From a virus, in IMG/VR virus record IMGVR_UViG_3300031857_000053, positions 43,267 through 107,266 of that record: 64,000 bases of DNA. One strand, written 5' to 3'. A model generated the notes under the pieces. The model was given only the letters and a program-made list of their open reading frames with translations. It did no database searches and had not been told where the DNA came from. Below, piece after piece: positions 22,601-29,995 of this stretch (position 1 is the first letter of the stretch; each line of letters opens with the position of its first letter). The position numbers were made by a program, and so were the translations under genes.

Positions 22601-23038
22601 TCTAATGCTTTTGGATTGAATACTTATAATCAATATAATCTTACAGAAACTACTTTTATTAAAGATGTTGATGGTGATGTTAATCCTAATTTTAAAATAG
22701 ATTTTGATGCTCAAGTAAAAGAATTACTTCGTCTTCAAAATGAAGAAGGAAAAGAAATAGTTTTTCCATCATCTGGATTTTTACAAGAACAAATGGGTTA
22801 TCAATTAGAAGAATCTAATTCTTTAGGTAAGAATACTTATAGTTCTATAGTAGAAAAAAAATTAGGACAAAAAACTTACGAATATGCTTCTCAAGTTTTA
22901 TTTGAGAAATTTGGCTACGTTAATAGAAATTACGATATTACACCCATTGGAAAATTAGTAATAGGAGCTAAACAAAAAGAAAGTAAATCTATTAGTGATG
23001 AAATGGTTAGAGATTTAATGTCACATTGTTATTCATAA
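10664..23038 (+). CDS. Virion-packaged single-chain DNA-dependent RNA polymerase (phi14:2 gp66-like) with N-terminal accessory domains and zincin
   Basis: RIPVQG...KSGADFDIDKL catalytic motif (DFDID at 19517-19531), EEFHKRNAG, DGQGW and NGWVDVAKD segments. HEAWH at 14474-14488 plus EEYLAEDF. 4124 aa. Confidence 0.9.
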   Translation: MICNLANNESYKPFRKYIFKKLSLAPEGFTLESFTKDIYRKVYDNTTGTPEDKHANAINHVAIGTIFLNRIQALEPSVYDTIKDIDFNKFIKLVNNISKSEPDFSSLEEMLGLKNNPVEELKELNAAAAESRDNSTAGIQMTLFEGSDIKVNEEDEPADTTNNNMVTATEEYQGKDTVQADQDRETINIDNPKSPDYYKANPLYRFYYKVKRGVLKLLQRPGTNFDSSQITIPYNGKKGVYLTVMSSSKLSRDDFKEDPTIGGSNDKKFIYDAGEPVFVLTDVDGIPVKFNEEGQFDENGKLSYHKFRNIYSTQVKDGKVSLYKSANLNALDDVKRVDLLKQKLMKLNPGLSEKNAKAQAEKTILDQLQIIYDIRQALKANPNLIVKTVINGGSMGAVKKDMSVKTPLENLTIGNRDFTIYAVKSDSENSGYTYTNTDATGSYDVEITRPDISQVEGLTDTIVSILFDKGISKDKGVSKAITAETRKELLQNYIFTRTEGLDMFVNEDGGYTVKIGGQEIYRLKNKNYTSVEEAALLEKRKSAEKLVREYFTTLAPQAEILEKDLNDVDMKNIIEGTIDKVRDQFKKGYVFYNTENKKYYRIGYPIHHINAKYQNATYPGLTLSKEGNNTIFTIDRNASYNNYIKKNFTIPFELNESGEIPSLNAFYTYEYAEGELNKIYKPAESTSAQPSTSVKPATRKTYSGKVTKLTLNQIFVFGSNPEGRHGAGAAKDAKDLFGAKYGQGRGMQGQSYALVTKNLKAGFVEPSTGITYKKAGEKSVSKEQIIENIKELYSVAKENTNKEFLIPDYSKSNLNGYTGQEMADMFSAAGPIPNNIVFHKNFDKLITTQPSTSVNPLVEAGIKPSDMFGNAAKDIQMASESTQFIGFGTIMKEGNVSSTDKYAKAWGTKANTGVYTAGDTIMVSGSGNFGRGGVDKTVEAQAIRKTLSEKYKPLLDKAIEAGASFRIGNQYAKGNLSDQLVADYLQKKGYTEEKLNGYSRWVSPTKTTQPSTSVNKGVEISSNAKGLAAALTNPTELAKSKGNIKQSYPIYFQWLDKNGEVRDSNFKDVEQAYQKLKDNSEAKTKPTKENSNNYKLMVDLIKAKLEQHPRLVLEITKQGGSAWILSSTHQPTKQNTVWETGGQNWFIQALNDAYLSTQPSTSVSVDTKADITLPTTPDQQNTNSIDQALNIIDDAINNFDKLKALKLIDQKATVEQIEAAKKWWENHPMSSKIPLYVLFNAVNTKNPTSIANWTLDGITLYQGADYSDLYHEAWHGFTQMFLTKEQKENLYKEVGKKSGGFTDYKGNYTLFKDAKPKQLEEYLAEDFRNYMLSGGKKIAGKAPVRNKIFKFIADILEWLFGNLTREQIANGTESLSTIHDLYEKLRVGNLSEYTFSQSNAQYDKLSKGEILATRNTDKPVDDIDTKNYILNMVDSFLSQYVDRVSEGKRKKYIANARLQAEARGETFVESTAELSYKYTATLLKTAEGRKLAYGYAQEMIKAIHDGLVLLQQNESSEIIRANRKKIIDTLSWTYNNFGDINNLKNNKIDKEGRFQNVIAFHTAKSRLFTKQEKELFFSEDALNEEDLFLIGRDGLGSVGGNEKSSKELASEDILIMMNSLHEVDAKGNTIYVEGTEVEIETKQGVKLKIGVPKLQDFDVTWNILSKKLENNQDAENMYAILSDLAKSKPNLPFKQLLNKLGPIKTAGSAEFRLWTNFWQTFNLSRVGLVYTKVNITTKTESKGEVKELNFDNWEFTARPTKATTSINTIKKNWDYAFRMKDKGDYIGKDSLGQNYLLLDKILEDFKDNIKGKEFEFFKAIGIDFDTNNEDILKEVSSKNSLDTAKRIYNIIKALSNAKYKEEPLIGKPKYTIYAPSQLFKEIYEIGEDKQYVWKDKFEIDSQGNRRKVGTEKKFLVDIGYKTSGEGTRFDNLAEIQAEYSDKWGTNQVTNAEGNTQFDLTLNNFLTVLKNTLNQVQDVKDANGKVIIPAYKVLISLPWMSNLDVDKNPDAESSILLNSLFDLNKNSTKYGERIKDEKTKSGYVEVQLKNLSGVAFNKDDVYDEKKSTSLFNSDPLTKLVADFHTGLMNGNFELMRHSDKGTSFSFFTTSLDKKNINNRNKYLYVDTADFVTSLGTKNAINKYIFPTLNSEFKRIKKFRNIKQAVEDARKETDPEKKKDMFKAIGNTDFNYIEKGSSFVTFQGVLSPETKVKILKQLDKNSLTEYLNTPEGFELKVEIGKDIQNYFNNQIEAVSKKFPVRRSGVKLISGDIIKKIKDHVTANYTEGLGLSQTGKDILRNTDFNKVALRSFVINSWIHNTESIKLVYGNLAQYNMAKEEFHKRNAGSSSTGTLYRTDKAAMDYVNNILNGGDTYAKSIGQTNRYYDGTLNTAIVQDSVQRSVYIEDYSKDLIAEQLKRNGGNQREAEKKVFGYDEKNNKVGTLEKPIKGGLITAYTDMKEGDGQGWVTFDSYRMLLNLEGKWSDSQENLYQKIVKGEQVSSADIAFFFPPQKLQYWGPLGNRLSGKAAIGQKINSDVQLTAMHKFSLVPLIPTVIKDKRIQKLHDKMVREQVDYVTFESGSKISNITSAEKFGENGKQTFDLFYADNKRNISEEPFTINPIYVNYLKNQLEIAPKFKKKVTFSTQLRKLIEDGLVENGVPIDFGRNLSREKRIEAWDAITTEDAKMAASPKYKIYKTYENKLKKLTELKRDQLLEEMGWKMVNGKPVGTIENLVRFVKAELERQNLGDHEIDFLDVVDGGTKLKTDASFSLSADKIEKLLNSIVVNRLIKQKINGEALIQVSTAGYENNEAWDAARGATEEELEKWGTDDLPTYRKGKDGITKAMKVKVALQGKFLSLLNLNHNDGQTIAVYDIVNGKKVLNLESSRTRLNSMIKNEEWLNKENHRKMITMVGVRIPVQGLNSMEFMEVYEFLPEEAGNIIIPPTEIVAKSGADFDIDKLTVMMPNIKTKINKAKITNALLRELGEKNPTLDFSRDNINMLLDFEKGSGGAYTLTEEDLNTLRILEETSEVSVVYPTGDNSIEGLENDLIWNIKDILALPENFVNLITPNSTDTVQPIATKLAPLVKDYDQMQKTAGDITTLSKEDQALLNENPNVMEGTRVLEILYNISKQQYNQIGKETLGIGAVDNTFNILLNRIGAYMNAYATVKSFNGKNKTTIRQTLKFKHNTLNINGQDVISLSHLYDNNDLNRVSDIISQMMNGWVDVAKDAWIFDIQGNKDLSPTLLFMIQAGVSIENAIYMVSQPMVREYIRLKKTAQSSVSDVITDVDTKYPGFAAKKMIIDKYFSQDADFGSQIAAANDIINDEVREKKLNAIYGNVNVANTSAEIINRVFGDNDIDTKKMEENIQKYSAAEKNGEDTNKLLFNDEYQKAIFLHFLQIEQMGSALTNVKKNMNFDTKKDASIYEAQNRMVMIDALSKEDRFPSKMIDKLITDSPISSFYIQEFQTQIWEKLLPLRTNEVFNKWLSGKMGDQDFKNYVEENFGENMMEKAILSLRNNLVPYIFQNELKQFDLRTLDGYKGNIVEISEKGETEQENLTKKQQKEGVSVLSIGAFFKDGKMFIDKKSLDNQYNNASYLGNENSTYKELGLAPVSVGTFSSLSEYHHFVVEREYLRNLYKNTDNVKDNIEYKEALNDAFEKNPKGEESEDAYKKRISKIAFESFLRDKALDNIFNNTKLFTGNKTAADKLGYIKSQYKDLLQTYPVLQVLNPLSTISAGKLYSNIQLQDNLDDSEKVNSYYKNIRDLADPTVVKVPGDPEANKYISDFFTSLPIIGTLQSGSNTKTRSSFTRLMPYDLYLRLIEKPAQKYVENMSDLLLDVYYYKWSQQNSILNKNKNKFEDYYITEITLDRLLKSSRKNLDKVEIEKQIRGLQDKNQRFGLRETEDIFYKQPSGASILDTYKLLKRDDKETDESYNPRKVKYMRELLEANPDKIFVYNNEKGLDRSIPKQGTSDRLFRNQGQSNAFGLNTYNQYNLTETTFIKDVDGDVNPNFKIDFDAQVKELLRLQNEEGKEIVFPSSGFLQEQMGYQLEESNSLGKNTYSSIVEKKLGQKTYEYASQVLFEKFGYVNRNYDITPIGKLVIGAKQKESKSISDEMVRDLMSHCYS
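12728..14152 (+). repeat. Four identical 18-bp direct repeats CAACCATCTACTAGTGTT (QPSTSV) delimiting three in-frame domain modules
   Basis: Copies at 12728-12745, 13208-13225, 13688-13705 and 14135-14152. Periods are 480, 480 and 447 bp. Confidence 0.95.
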
Positions 23039-23041
23039 GAT

Positions 23042-26000
23042 ATGTTAGTTTGCCCAAATAAAAACACAACTGAGTGGAAAGATCTTGTAGCCACCGTAGG
23101 AGAATTTGAAGCTTTTAGAGACTTCATAGAAAGTGATTATAATATTAGAGATCCTAAAGTAGTTTTAGAAAAACTTATTAAAAGAGGTATAACTACTACT
23201 TCTGAAAAAGTTATTGAATCTTCTATTCAAGAAGTAAAACCAGGAGTACCAGAACTATTTGATTCTAATCCTGAATTAGCTAATGTTGTATATGAAGCTT
23301 TAGGGTTTATTGCAAACATTAATAAATTAAAAATTCAAGATTTTAAAACTAAAATAGGCAACTCTGAAAATATTCAAGATGTAGTAGAAAAACTTAAAAA
23401 GTATGTAGAAGAATTTAAAGATGCTTATTTTGTAAATTCCACAAATGAAGATATTCAATCTGATATTTATTTTATAAAAAAAGAAGCAGAAGATAAGTTA
23501 AAACAATTTCAAAAAATAGACGACAATATTAAATTTGAACTTGTTACAACAAAAGGATTATCTAATAAACAAATAGATGTATATAAATCTGTTATTGATT
23601 TTATAAGTAAAAATCCTACGGCTAACCCAAATTCTGAAAACTATAATCCTAAAGTAATAGAATCATATTTAAAATATGAGCATGAACTAACAGACAAAGA
23701 ATTAAGAAATATATTTAAAGGCAAAGAAAAACAAAGGCTTTTAGATTTTATATTTTCACAATTAAGTTTAGCTCAAGCAAGTACAGAAGAAGGAATAAGT
23801 GAGTTGCCTGAAAATTTAGTAGAAAAAGAACTATCTAAAGTAACCCCACAACAAAAACAACAAGCTCTACAACTCTACTCTCAATATCTTGATTCTATAT
23901 TTCCTCAAAATACCATAGTATATAGAGGTAGTGAAAAAGGAAGAACACAATTTAATACAAGAGGATTTTTCACAGAAAAACTATCTTATGCTAAAGAATA
24001 TGCCTTCGATAAGGGATTTGTTGCTAAATCTGGTGAAGGTATAGTTAATACATTCTTGATTAATACAGCTAATGTAAAGAATGTAGGAGAAATGAATACT
24101 AAATCTATAGAAAATGAAACACAAGATTCTGTGTTAAAAGGTGTAGACAAAGGTAGAGCTAGAGAATCAGGTGTAGTATATGCAACTACTTCAAAGAACT
24201 TACATGAATTAGGTGGTAAACAAGATATAGAAGGATTTAAAGAGTTTGTTAATGAACCACAAACTATTATTAAAGAAAGTGTATCAAATCCTTTAGTAGA
24301 AGATTTTTTTAAAATTAATGAGCAGGAGATGACCATTACTCCATTAGATACTAATAATGCTAATGCAGTAGGGGCACTAACAGCTTTAGCTACTCAATTA
24401 TCAGAACAATTAGTAGTAGATGGTGAAAAATTTAAATATCAATTTATAACAGAAGAACAAGCTGCTGCTTTACTTGCTGATAGAAATGAAGAGTGGGATC
24501 CAAGTAAAAAAGCTTTTTTCGTTGGCGATACTGTTTATTTAGTTGGAACAAACCTTAATCTAAATGATGTATTCCACGAGTTCTCTCATCCTTTCCTTAG
24601 AAGTATAGCTAAAGCTAATCCACAATTATTTGAAAAACTTTATCAAACTTTAGCATCTACTCCAGAAGGACAACTTATTATAGATTTTGTAAAAAATAAT
24701 TATAATGTAGAAGAAGGTAGTATCTATTTTAAAGAAGAAGTATTAGTACAAGCTCTTACTGCTATTGCAGATATAAATAGAAACAACTTAGTTCCTAGTT
24801 CAGGATTCTCAAACTTTATTAAAAATCTATTATACCAAATAAAGCAATTTATTAGAAAAGTATTTGGATCTAAAGCTGATGCTAAATCTCCAATAAAAAT
24901 ATCCAGCTTAAATGAAAATACAACTTTGAGAGAATTATCTGAAATGCTTAAGGGTGGTACCAAGTTTGAGATTGTAGAAGATAGTTTAACGGAAGAAGAT
25001 TTTGTAGCTTATAATAAATCGCGTGATGAGATTCTTACAGATTTAATGAAGCTAAAACAATCAGATAAGATAGCATTAACAGTTCTTGCTCATGATACAG
25101 CTCTAAAACAAATTGAGACAGTAATGAGAAGTGGGAATTATGCTGAGATAGCTAACCTATTAGCTGATGAATTTAAGCGAGGAGATCTTAATGAGATTAA
25201 GCGTAACTTAGTAAAGTTTGCTAAGCCTATGGAGGATATGCTTCTTGATAAAAAGAATGCTATCGAATATACCAAAGCTCATGTTGAAGCTTTCATGGCT
25301 TCTCTTTTAAGGATGGATAAAATGCTTAAGACAATAGAGAAGCATTTAGAAAGTTTGAGATCAGATATGGATAATATTGATAATCTTCAAAAAGCTTTTT
25401 ATTATGATTATCTTCTTTCAGATTGGAAAAAATTTGTTGATCAATTAAGAGAAGCTGCAGATGGAGCAAGGATACCATCTGATTCCGCATTAGAAAGTTT
25501 AATATCTAGTCTTGATGGTTCAATTAGAAAAGCTAAAACATTAACTGGAGAATTTTATCAAGAAGGATCTAAAGATGTTTTATATGCTCAGTTATTACCA
25601 ATGGCAGAAAAACTAGCTGAGAAGTATAGTAAAATTTTTGAAAGTTTAAATAAACCGGGTAAGGTTGCTTCTGATAAAATACAAAATATGTACTATAAAG
25701 AGTACTATGGTATGACAAAAGCAGAACACGAGAGACATACAACACTCGAAGATCTTAATAGAAAAGGTACTTTAGGAACACAAGAACTTAAAGAGCTTGA
25801 AGGTTTAAGATTGTTATCGATGAATGGTGCCCAGATTACAAAATATAAAATTGAGATGGCGCTTAAGGGTACATATCGCGATGCTAATGTTTGGAACTCT
25901 TTCTTCGAAGGATATACTTTTAATACCGATCCTGTAATAGGTGGTTTTGCAACTTTTGTTAAAGATGCTATGTCGGATGCTATAGCTAATGCTATGGATA

Positions 26001-29000
26001 AGATGAATAATTATGCTGCAGATATGAGTGGTCTATTAACAGCAGCTGGTTATAATCCTTCTAATCCAACAGGTCTTATTGATAAAATAGGAAGACCAGA
26101 ACTTATAGGTAGAGTAAATCCGGATACAAAAGAATGGGAAGAAAAACCAGTTTGGACTTTGATGAGTTTACATAAAAATTGGAAAATTGAATTAGATAGA
26201 AAGCGTAGAGATATAGATAATGCTCAAAGAGATTATATAGAAAATGGTACTGATGAAAATAAGAAAAAACTTTCTGATGCTATTGCTTCTAGAAAAAAAT
26301 TAATGCGAGATTATTTTTATCAAGAGTATGATCAAAAAGTTTATTTACGTGAAAGATTATTAGAAGATCCTTTAGGTAGAGCTGCAGCTTATGAGATAGA
26401 AAAAGTAATGGATGAGATTACTAAATTAAATCGTTTAGCTATAAATCAACTTGAAGAAATTAAAATTGCTGAAAAATTAGATTTATTATGGCAAGATTAT
26501 AATCAATTATTTTCTGAGATTGATCTTAATGGTAATCGTAAAACAGGTGAAGCTTTATTAATTGCAAAAAGATTAAAAGAATATCGTGCTGCAGATATTG
26601 ATCCAGCTACAGGTAAATCTTTTAGAGAATCTAAATTAATTCGTGGATTATTTGAAAATACATTAGCTCAATTTGAACAAGAACTTATAGATATTGAAAA
26701 GCTTGTTCCAGGTTCTGATGAATTTAAATTAAGACGTAGCGAGTGGATAAGAAAAAATACTCGTGTAGTTGTTAAACCAGAATTTTATGAGCAAATAAAA
26801 ATTTGGACTGCTGCTGTTGCTGAGATCTTAGCTAAGTTACCTGATGCAGAAAGAAAAAAAGTTACTATTGCTCAGATCATGAGTGATATTACTGATTTAA
26901 CATCTGGTAATAGAGATGAAAGTGGACAAATAAATGGTACTAATTTTACTCCAGATGCTGCTTCTTTTATTAAAGGGCAACAAGAGAAAATGATTAAAGC
27001 TCAAGAAGAATTTGATGGTATCAATGGTTTAACTAAAAAAGAATCTAAATATCTTTCTTATCTATTTGATATCATTAATGAAGGTGGTGTATTAGATGCT
27101 GATGAAAAAGCTGATATGAAAGCTCTTTTAGAAAAGAAAAAAGATGGATTAAGTTTCTTTGATAAACAAACTTTATACGCTTTATTTGCTAAACTTAGAG
27201 ATTTTAAAAAGAAAGATGCTACTTCTTATTATACAGCTATTTTTAATAATCATTTAAGTAAACTTGATACTAATATACTTCAACCATTATTAGAAGGAAG
27301 AAATATAAATAGTGCTACAGCTAATTTAGTTTTAGAAGAGTATATAGTTAATAATTTAATTAATCAAAATACTCCGGAAGGACAACAATTTAAAGATTGG
27401 TTTTTAAAAAACCATATACAAAAAGAAGTCTATGATAAAGATTTAGGGGAAACAAAAAAAGTTTGGGAAAGAATTTATATTTGGAATATAAATAAACCAG
27501 TTGATGAAAATTATTATGATAAACATACTTTTGTAAATTCTAATGGAGAGTCAGAAACATTACCTGGATTACCAGCTTATAAATATTATAAGAGTGTTGT
27601 AAAATCTCAATATAGAACAGAAAGAATAATTGGTAAAACAGTGGATAATATGAGAAACTGGTTACCAAGAGAAGATGTTCCAAATAGTCCATATATCAAT
27701 GAAGATTATTTAAGATTACAAAAAGAAGATCCTGCGCATTTTGCTGTTCTTGAAAAGATGAAAGAACATCATATAAAAAATCAAGAGGGATTAGGTTATA
27801 AAAGTCGTCTTTATTTAGATGTTCCACGTTATAGAAAAAATAATGCAGAGTTACTTAAGACTAGAAGTATAAAACAACTTTCTAAATTAGCTGCTCAAGG
27901 TAATCTACCTTTTCTTTCAATTATAATGGAAAGAGCTAGAGATTTCTTTAGAAGAGCTAAAGATGAATATGGTTCTCAATATGGTTGGGATGATACTAAG
28001 ATGTTAGTTAGAGCTGATATGTTTAGCAATGATGTAATTAGTGTTCCTATTACAGGTTTATATGATCTTAATATTGATGATGTATCTACAGATCTTAATG
28101 AGTCTATTAATAGATATATGTTTTCTGCAGAAAGACAAAAAAAATTAATTGAGATTAGTCCTATTGCTAAAGCTTTAAGACAAACACTTAATGATCCAAA
28201 AAACATGCTTGATGATACCACTAAATTAGATAAGTGGAATTTTCTTAATAGAGGAATGATGACCTATATAAAAAAGAAAGGTTATTATGTTAGAAAAAGC
28301 GCTGTAAATAATTTTATTGAAAGAGAGTTTGAAGGTAAAACAACTGCTGGTTGGAGTAAGGATATTCCTTGGATGCAAAATTTAGCTAATCTAGTATTAG
28401 GAAGAGCTTCTTTTGCTTTTTTTGCTTTGAATATTCCATCAGCTTTAAAGAATGTTTTTAGTGCTAAATATCAATCTATGATTGAATCATCTGGTGGACA
28501 ATATGTAGATAGGATGAGTCTTCTTAGAGGTGAAGGATGGGGTTTTAAAACTATGATGCAAGTTTCATCAGAGATATATAAACGTGGAGTTAAGCCTTTG
28601 AATATGCAAATTGCAGATAGCTTTGATATTGTTTCTGATAGAGCTGAACAAAAGTTACCAGAGTCTATGTCTAGAAACTTTACTGAAGATGTAGCTAGTA
28701 TGACTTGGTTATATAATTTTAGAAAGTGGACTGAAGATGAGGCTCAAATGCAATTGGGATCATCTATGTTATACAAGAGAAAGATTATGATGGCGGGTAA
28801 AGAAGTTAGTTATATGGAAGCTTGGCAGCTTAAAGATAATAAACTTGCTCTTAAAGATGGTATAGATATTAGATATGCAAATAAGCCTACTGAATATTTA
28901 GTTCAAGAAGGAGATACACTTTCTTCACTTGCTAAAAAATTCAATATGCCAGAGGATGCTATTAAGAGATTATATGAAGAAGAAGATCTTTACGAAGGTA

Positions 29001-29923
29001 AAAAAATCAAAATAAACAATATCTACTTTAAAGAGATGCGTAACCAGATCAATACTGTGAAGGTTAAGCTTAATGGTGCCTATGGTCAATTTGATCAACC
29101 AGAAGCTCAGCGTTACCTTGCTTATCGTATGATCTCTTTCTTAAAGAGATATTTTACTCCTATGTTAATCAATCGTTGGGGATATAGTAGCCAAGGAGGA
29201 CAAATACGTGGTAGGATGAACTATGGTCTTAATGATCTAGATACAGGTTTCTATACTAGTAGTATCCGATCTGTTTATCGTATTGCTAGAACAGGTGGAG
29301 AATATTGGCACTATATGACACCTGAAGAAAGAGGAGCTTGGGCTAAGTGGGTTACTGAGATTGGTGGAATTATAGCTATCTCAATATTACTAGGGCCTCT
29401 ATTTGGATGGGATCCAGAAGATGAGGAGAGATTTGAAAAGCTTAGACAAAAGAGTGGTGCTATGCCATTACTAGGTCTTACTGAAGATGATCCTGATCAT
29501 CCATTTAAAGTAGGTGGATGGTTAGAGACACAAGGATTGATGTTAGCTTTAGGTGTTAAAGCCGAAGCACAAGCTTTTGTTCCTTGGCCAGGTATGGGAT
29601 TAAATCAATATTATGGTACCCTTACCGATGCTAGTTCAATAGGATTTGGTGCTACTCTTAAATCATATATGGAGATGTTAGAGTTTGCTTATTATGATAT
29701 GACAGGTAGCTCAAAAGGTACCTACGCGAAAGATGCTGGTGCATATAGATGGCAACAAGAAGGAGGATCTAAGTTTATTACAACACTAATGAAAACAATA
29801 GGATTTACTGGTGGTACTGTTGAACCTTGGAGATCAATTAAGAATAATCCTCAGATGAATCCGGGTGGTGGTAAAAAGAAAGATGAAGATGAAAATCAAA
29901 GTGAGAAAAGTGGTGAAAAATAA
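23042..29923 (+). CDS. Giant virion cargo protein (2293 aa): ART-like insert, zincin, LysM, C-terminal membrane segments
   Basis: VYRGS..F...GFFT....AKEYA (ART-PolyVal-like, ~23911-24210). HEFSH at 24575-24589 plus KEEVLVQAL. YLVQEGDTLSSLAKKFNM LysM (~28894-29014). Hydrophobic IGGIIAISILLGPLFG. Confidence 0.75.
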   Translation: MLVCPNKNTTEWKDLVATVGEFEAFRDFIESDYNIRDPKVVLEKLIKRGITTTSEKVIESSIQEVKPGVPELFDSNPELANVVYEALGFIANINKLKIQDFKTKIGNSENIQDVVEKLKKYVEEFKDAYFVNSTNEDIQSDIYFIKKEAEDKLKQFQKIDDNIKFELVTTKGLSNKQIDVYKSVIDFISKNPTANPNSENYNPKVIESYLKYEHELTDKELRNIFKGKEKQRLLDFIFSQLSLAQASTEEGISELPENLVEKELSKVTPQQKQQALQLYSQYLDSIFPQNTIVYRGSEKGRTQFNTRGFFTEKLSYAKEYAFDKGFVAKSGEGIVNTFLINTANVKNVGEMNTKSIENETQDSVLKGVDKGRARESGVVYATTSKNLHELGGKQDIEGFKEFVNEPQTIIKESVSNPLVEDFFKINEQEMTITPLDTNNANAVGALTALATQLSEQLVVDGEKFKYQFITEEQAAALLADRNEEWDPSKKAFFVGDTVYLVGTNLNLNDVFHEFSHPFLRSIAKANPQLFEKLYQTLASTPEGQLIIDFVKNNYNVEEGSIYFKEEVLVQALTAIADINRNNLVPSSGFSNFIKNLLYQIKQFIRKVFGSKADAKSPIKISSLNENTTLRELSEMLKGGTKFEIVEDSLTEEDFVAYNKSRDEILTDLMKLKQSDKIALTVLAHDTALKQIETVMRSGNYAEIANLLADEFKRGDLNEIKRNLVKFAKPMEDMLLDKKNAIEYTKAHVEAFMASLLRMDKMLKTIEKHLESLRSDMDNIDNLQKAFYYDYLLSDWKKFVDQLREAADGARIPSDSALESLISSLDGSIRKAKTLTGEFYQEGSKDVLYAQLLPMAEKLAEKYSKIFESLNKPGKVASDKIQNMYYKEYYGMTKAEHERHTTLEDLNRKGTLGTQELKELEGLRLLSMNGAQITKYKIEMALKGTYRDANVWNSFFEGYTFNTDPVIGGFATFVKDAMSDAIANAMDKMNNYAADMSGLLTAAGYNPSNPTGLIDKIGRPELIGRVNPDTKEWEEKPVWTLMSLHKNWKIELDRKRRDIDNAQRDYIENGTDENKKKLSDAIASRKKLMRDYFYQEYDQKVYLRERLLEDPLGRAAAYEIEKVMDEITKLNRLAINQLEEIKIAEKLDLLWQDYNQLFSEIDLNGNRKTGEALLIAKRLKEYRAADIDPATGKSFRESKLIRGLFENTLAQFEQELIDIEKLVPGSDEFKLRRSEWIRKNTRVVVKPEFYEQIKIWTAAVAEILAKLPDAERKKVTIAQIMSDITDLTSGNRDESGQINGTNFTPDAASFIKGQQEKMIKAQEEFDGINGLTKKESKYLSYLFDIINEGGVLDADEKADMKALLEKKKDGLSFFDKQTLYALFAKLRDFKKKDATSYYTAIFNNHLSKLDTNILQPLLEGRNINSATANLVLEEYIVNNLINQNTPEGQQFKDWFLKNHIQKEVYDKDLGETKKVWERIYIWNINKPVDENYYDKHTFVNSNGESETLPGLPAYKYYKSVVKSQYRTERIIGKTVDNMRNWLPREDVPNSPYINEDYLRLQKEDPAHFAVLEKMKEHHIKNQEGLGYKSRLYLDVPRYRKNNAELLKTRSIKQLSKLAAQGNLPFLSIIMERARDFFRRAKDEYGSQYGWDDTKMLVRADMFSNDVISVPITGLYDLNIDDVSTDLNESINRYMFSAERQKKLIEISPIAKALRQTLNDPKNMLDDTTKLDKWNFLNRGMMTYIKKKGYYVRKSAVNNFIEREFEGKTTAGWSKDIPWMQNLANLVLGRASFAFFALNIPSALKNVFSAKYQSMIESSGGQYVDRMSLLRGEGWGFKTMMQVSSEIYKRGVKPLNMQIADSFDIVSDRAEQKLPESMSRNFTEDVASMTWLYNFRKWTEDEAQMQLGSSMLYKRKIMMAGKEVSYMEAWQLKDNKLALKDGIDIRYANKPTEYLVQEGDTLSSLAKKFNMPEDAIKRLYEEEDLYEGKKIKINNIYFKEMRNQINTVKVKLNGAYGQFDQPEAQRYLAYRMISFLKRYFTPMLINRWGYSSQGGQIRGRMNYGLNDLDTGFYTSSIRSVYRIARTGGEYWHYMTPEERGAWAKWVTEIGGIIAISILLGPLFGWDPEDEERFEKLRQKSGAMPLLGLTEDDPDHPFKVGGWLETQGLMLALGVKAEAQAFVPWPGMGLNQYYGTLTDASSIGFGATLKSYMEMLEFAYYDMTGSSKGTYAKDAGAYRWQQEGGSKFITTLMKTIGFTGGTVEPWRSIKNNPQMNPGGGKKKDEDENQSEKSGEK

Positions 29924-29948
29924 CAATAAAGAAATTTACAAGCTTTGG

Positions 29949-29988
29949 AAAAAAAAGAAGAGAGGGAATAAACCCTCTCTTTCTTTTT
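29949..29988. terminator. Bidirectional intrinsic terminator between convergent modules
   Basis: A-tract, GAGAGGG-aataaa-CCCTCTC hairpin, then T-tract. Confidence 0.8.
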
Positions 29989-29995
29989 AACTTAA

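Noticed and set aside
1881-28221. Short antisense and alternate-frame ORFs inside the giant genes (and similar ones in the - strand module)
   Set aside because: Shadow ORFs expected from codon bias, with no independent evidence.
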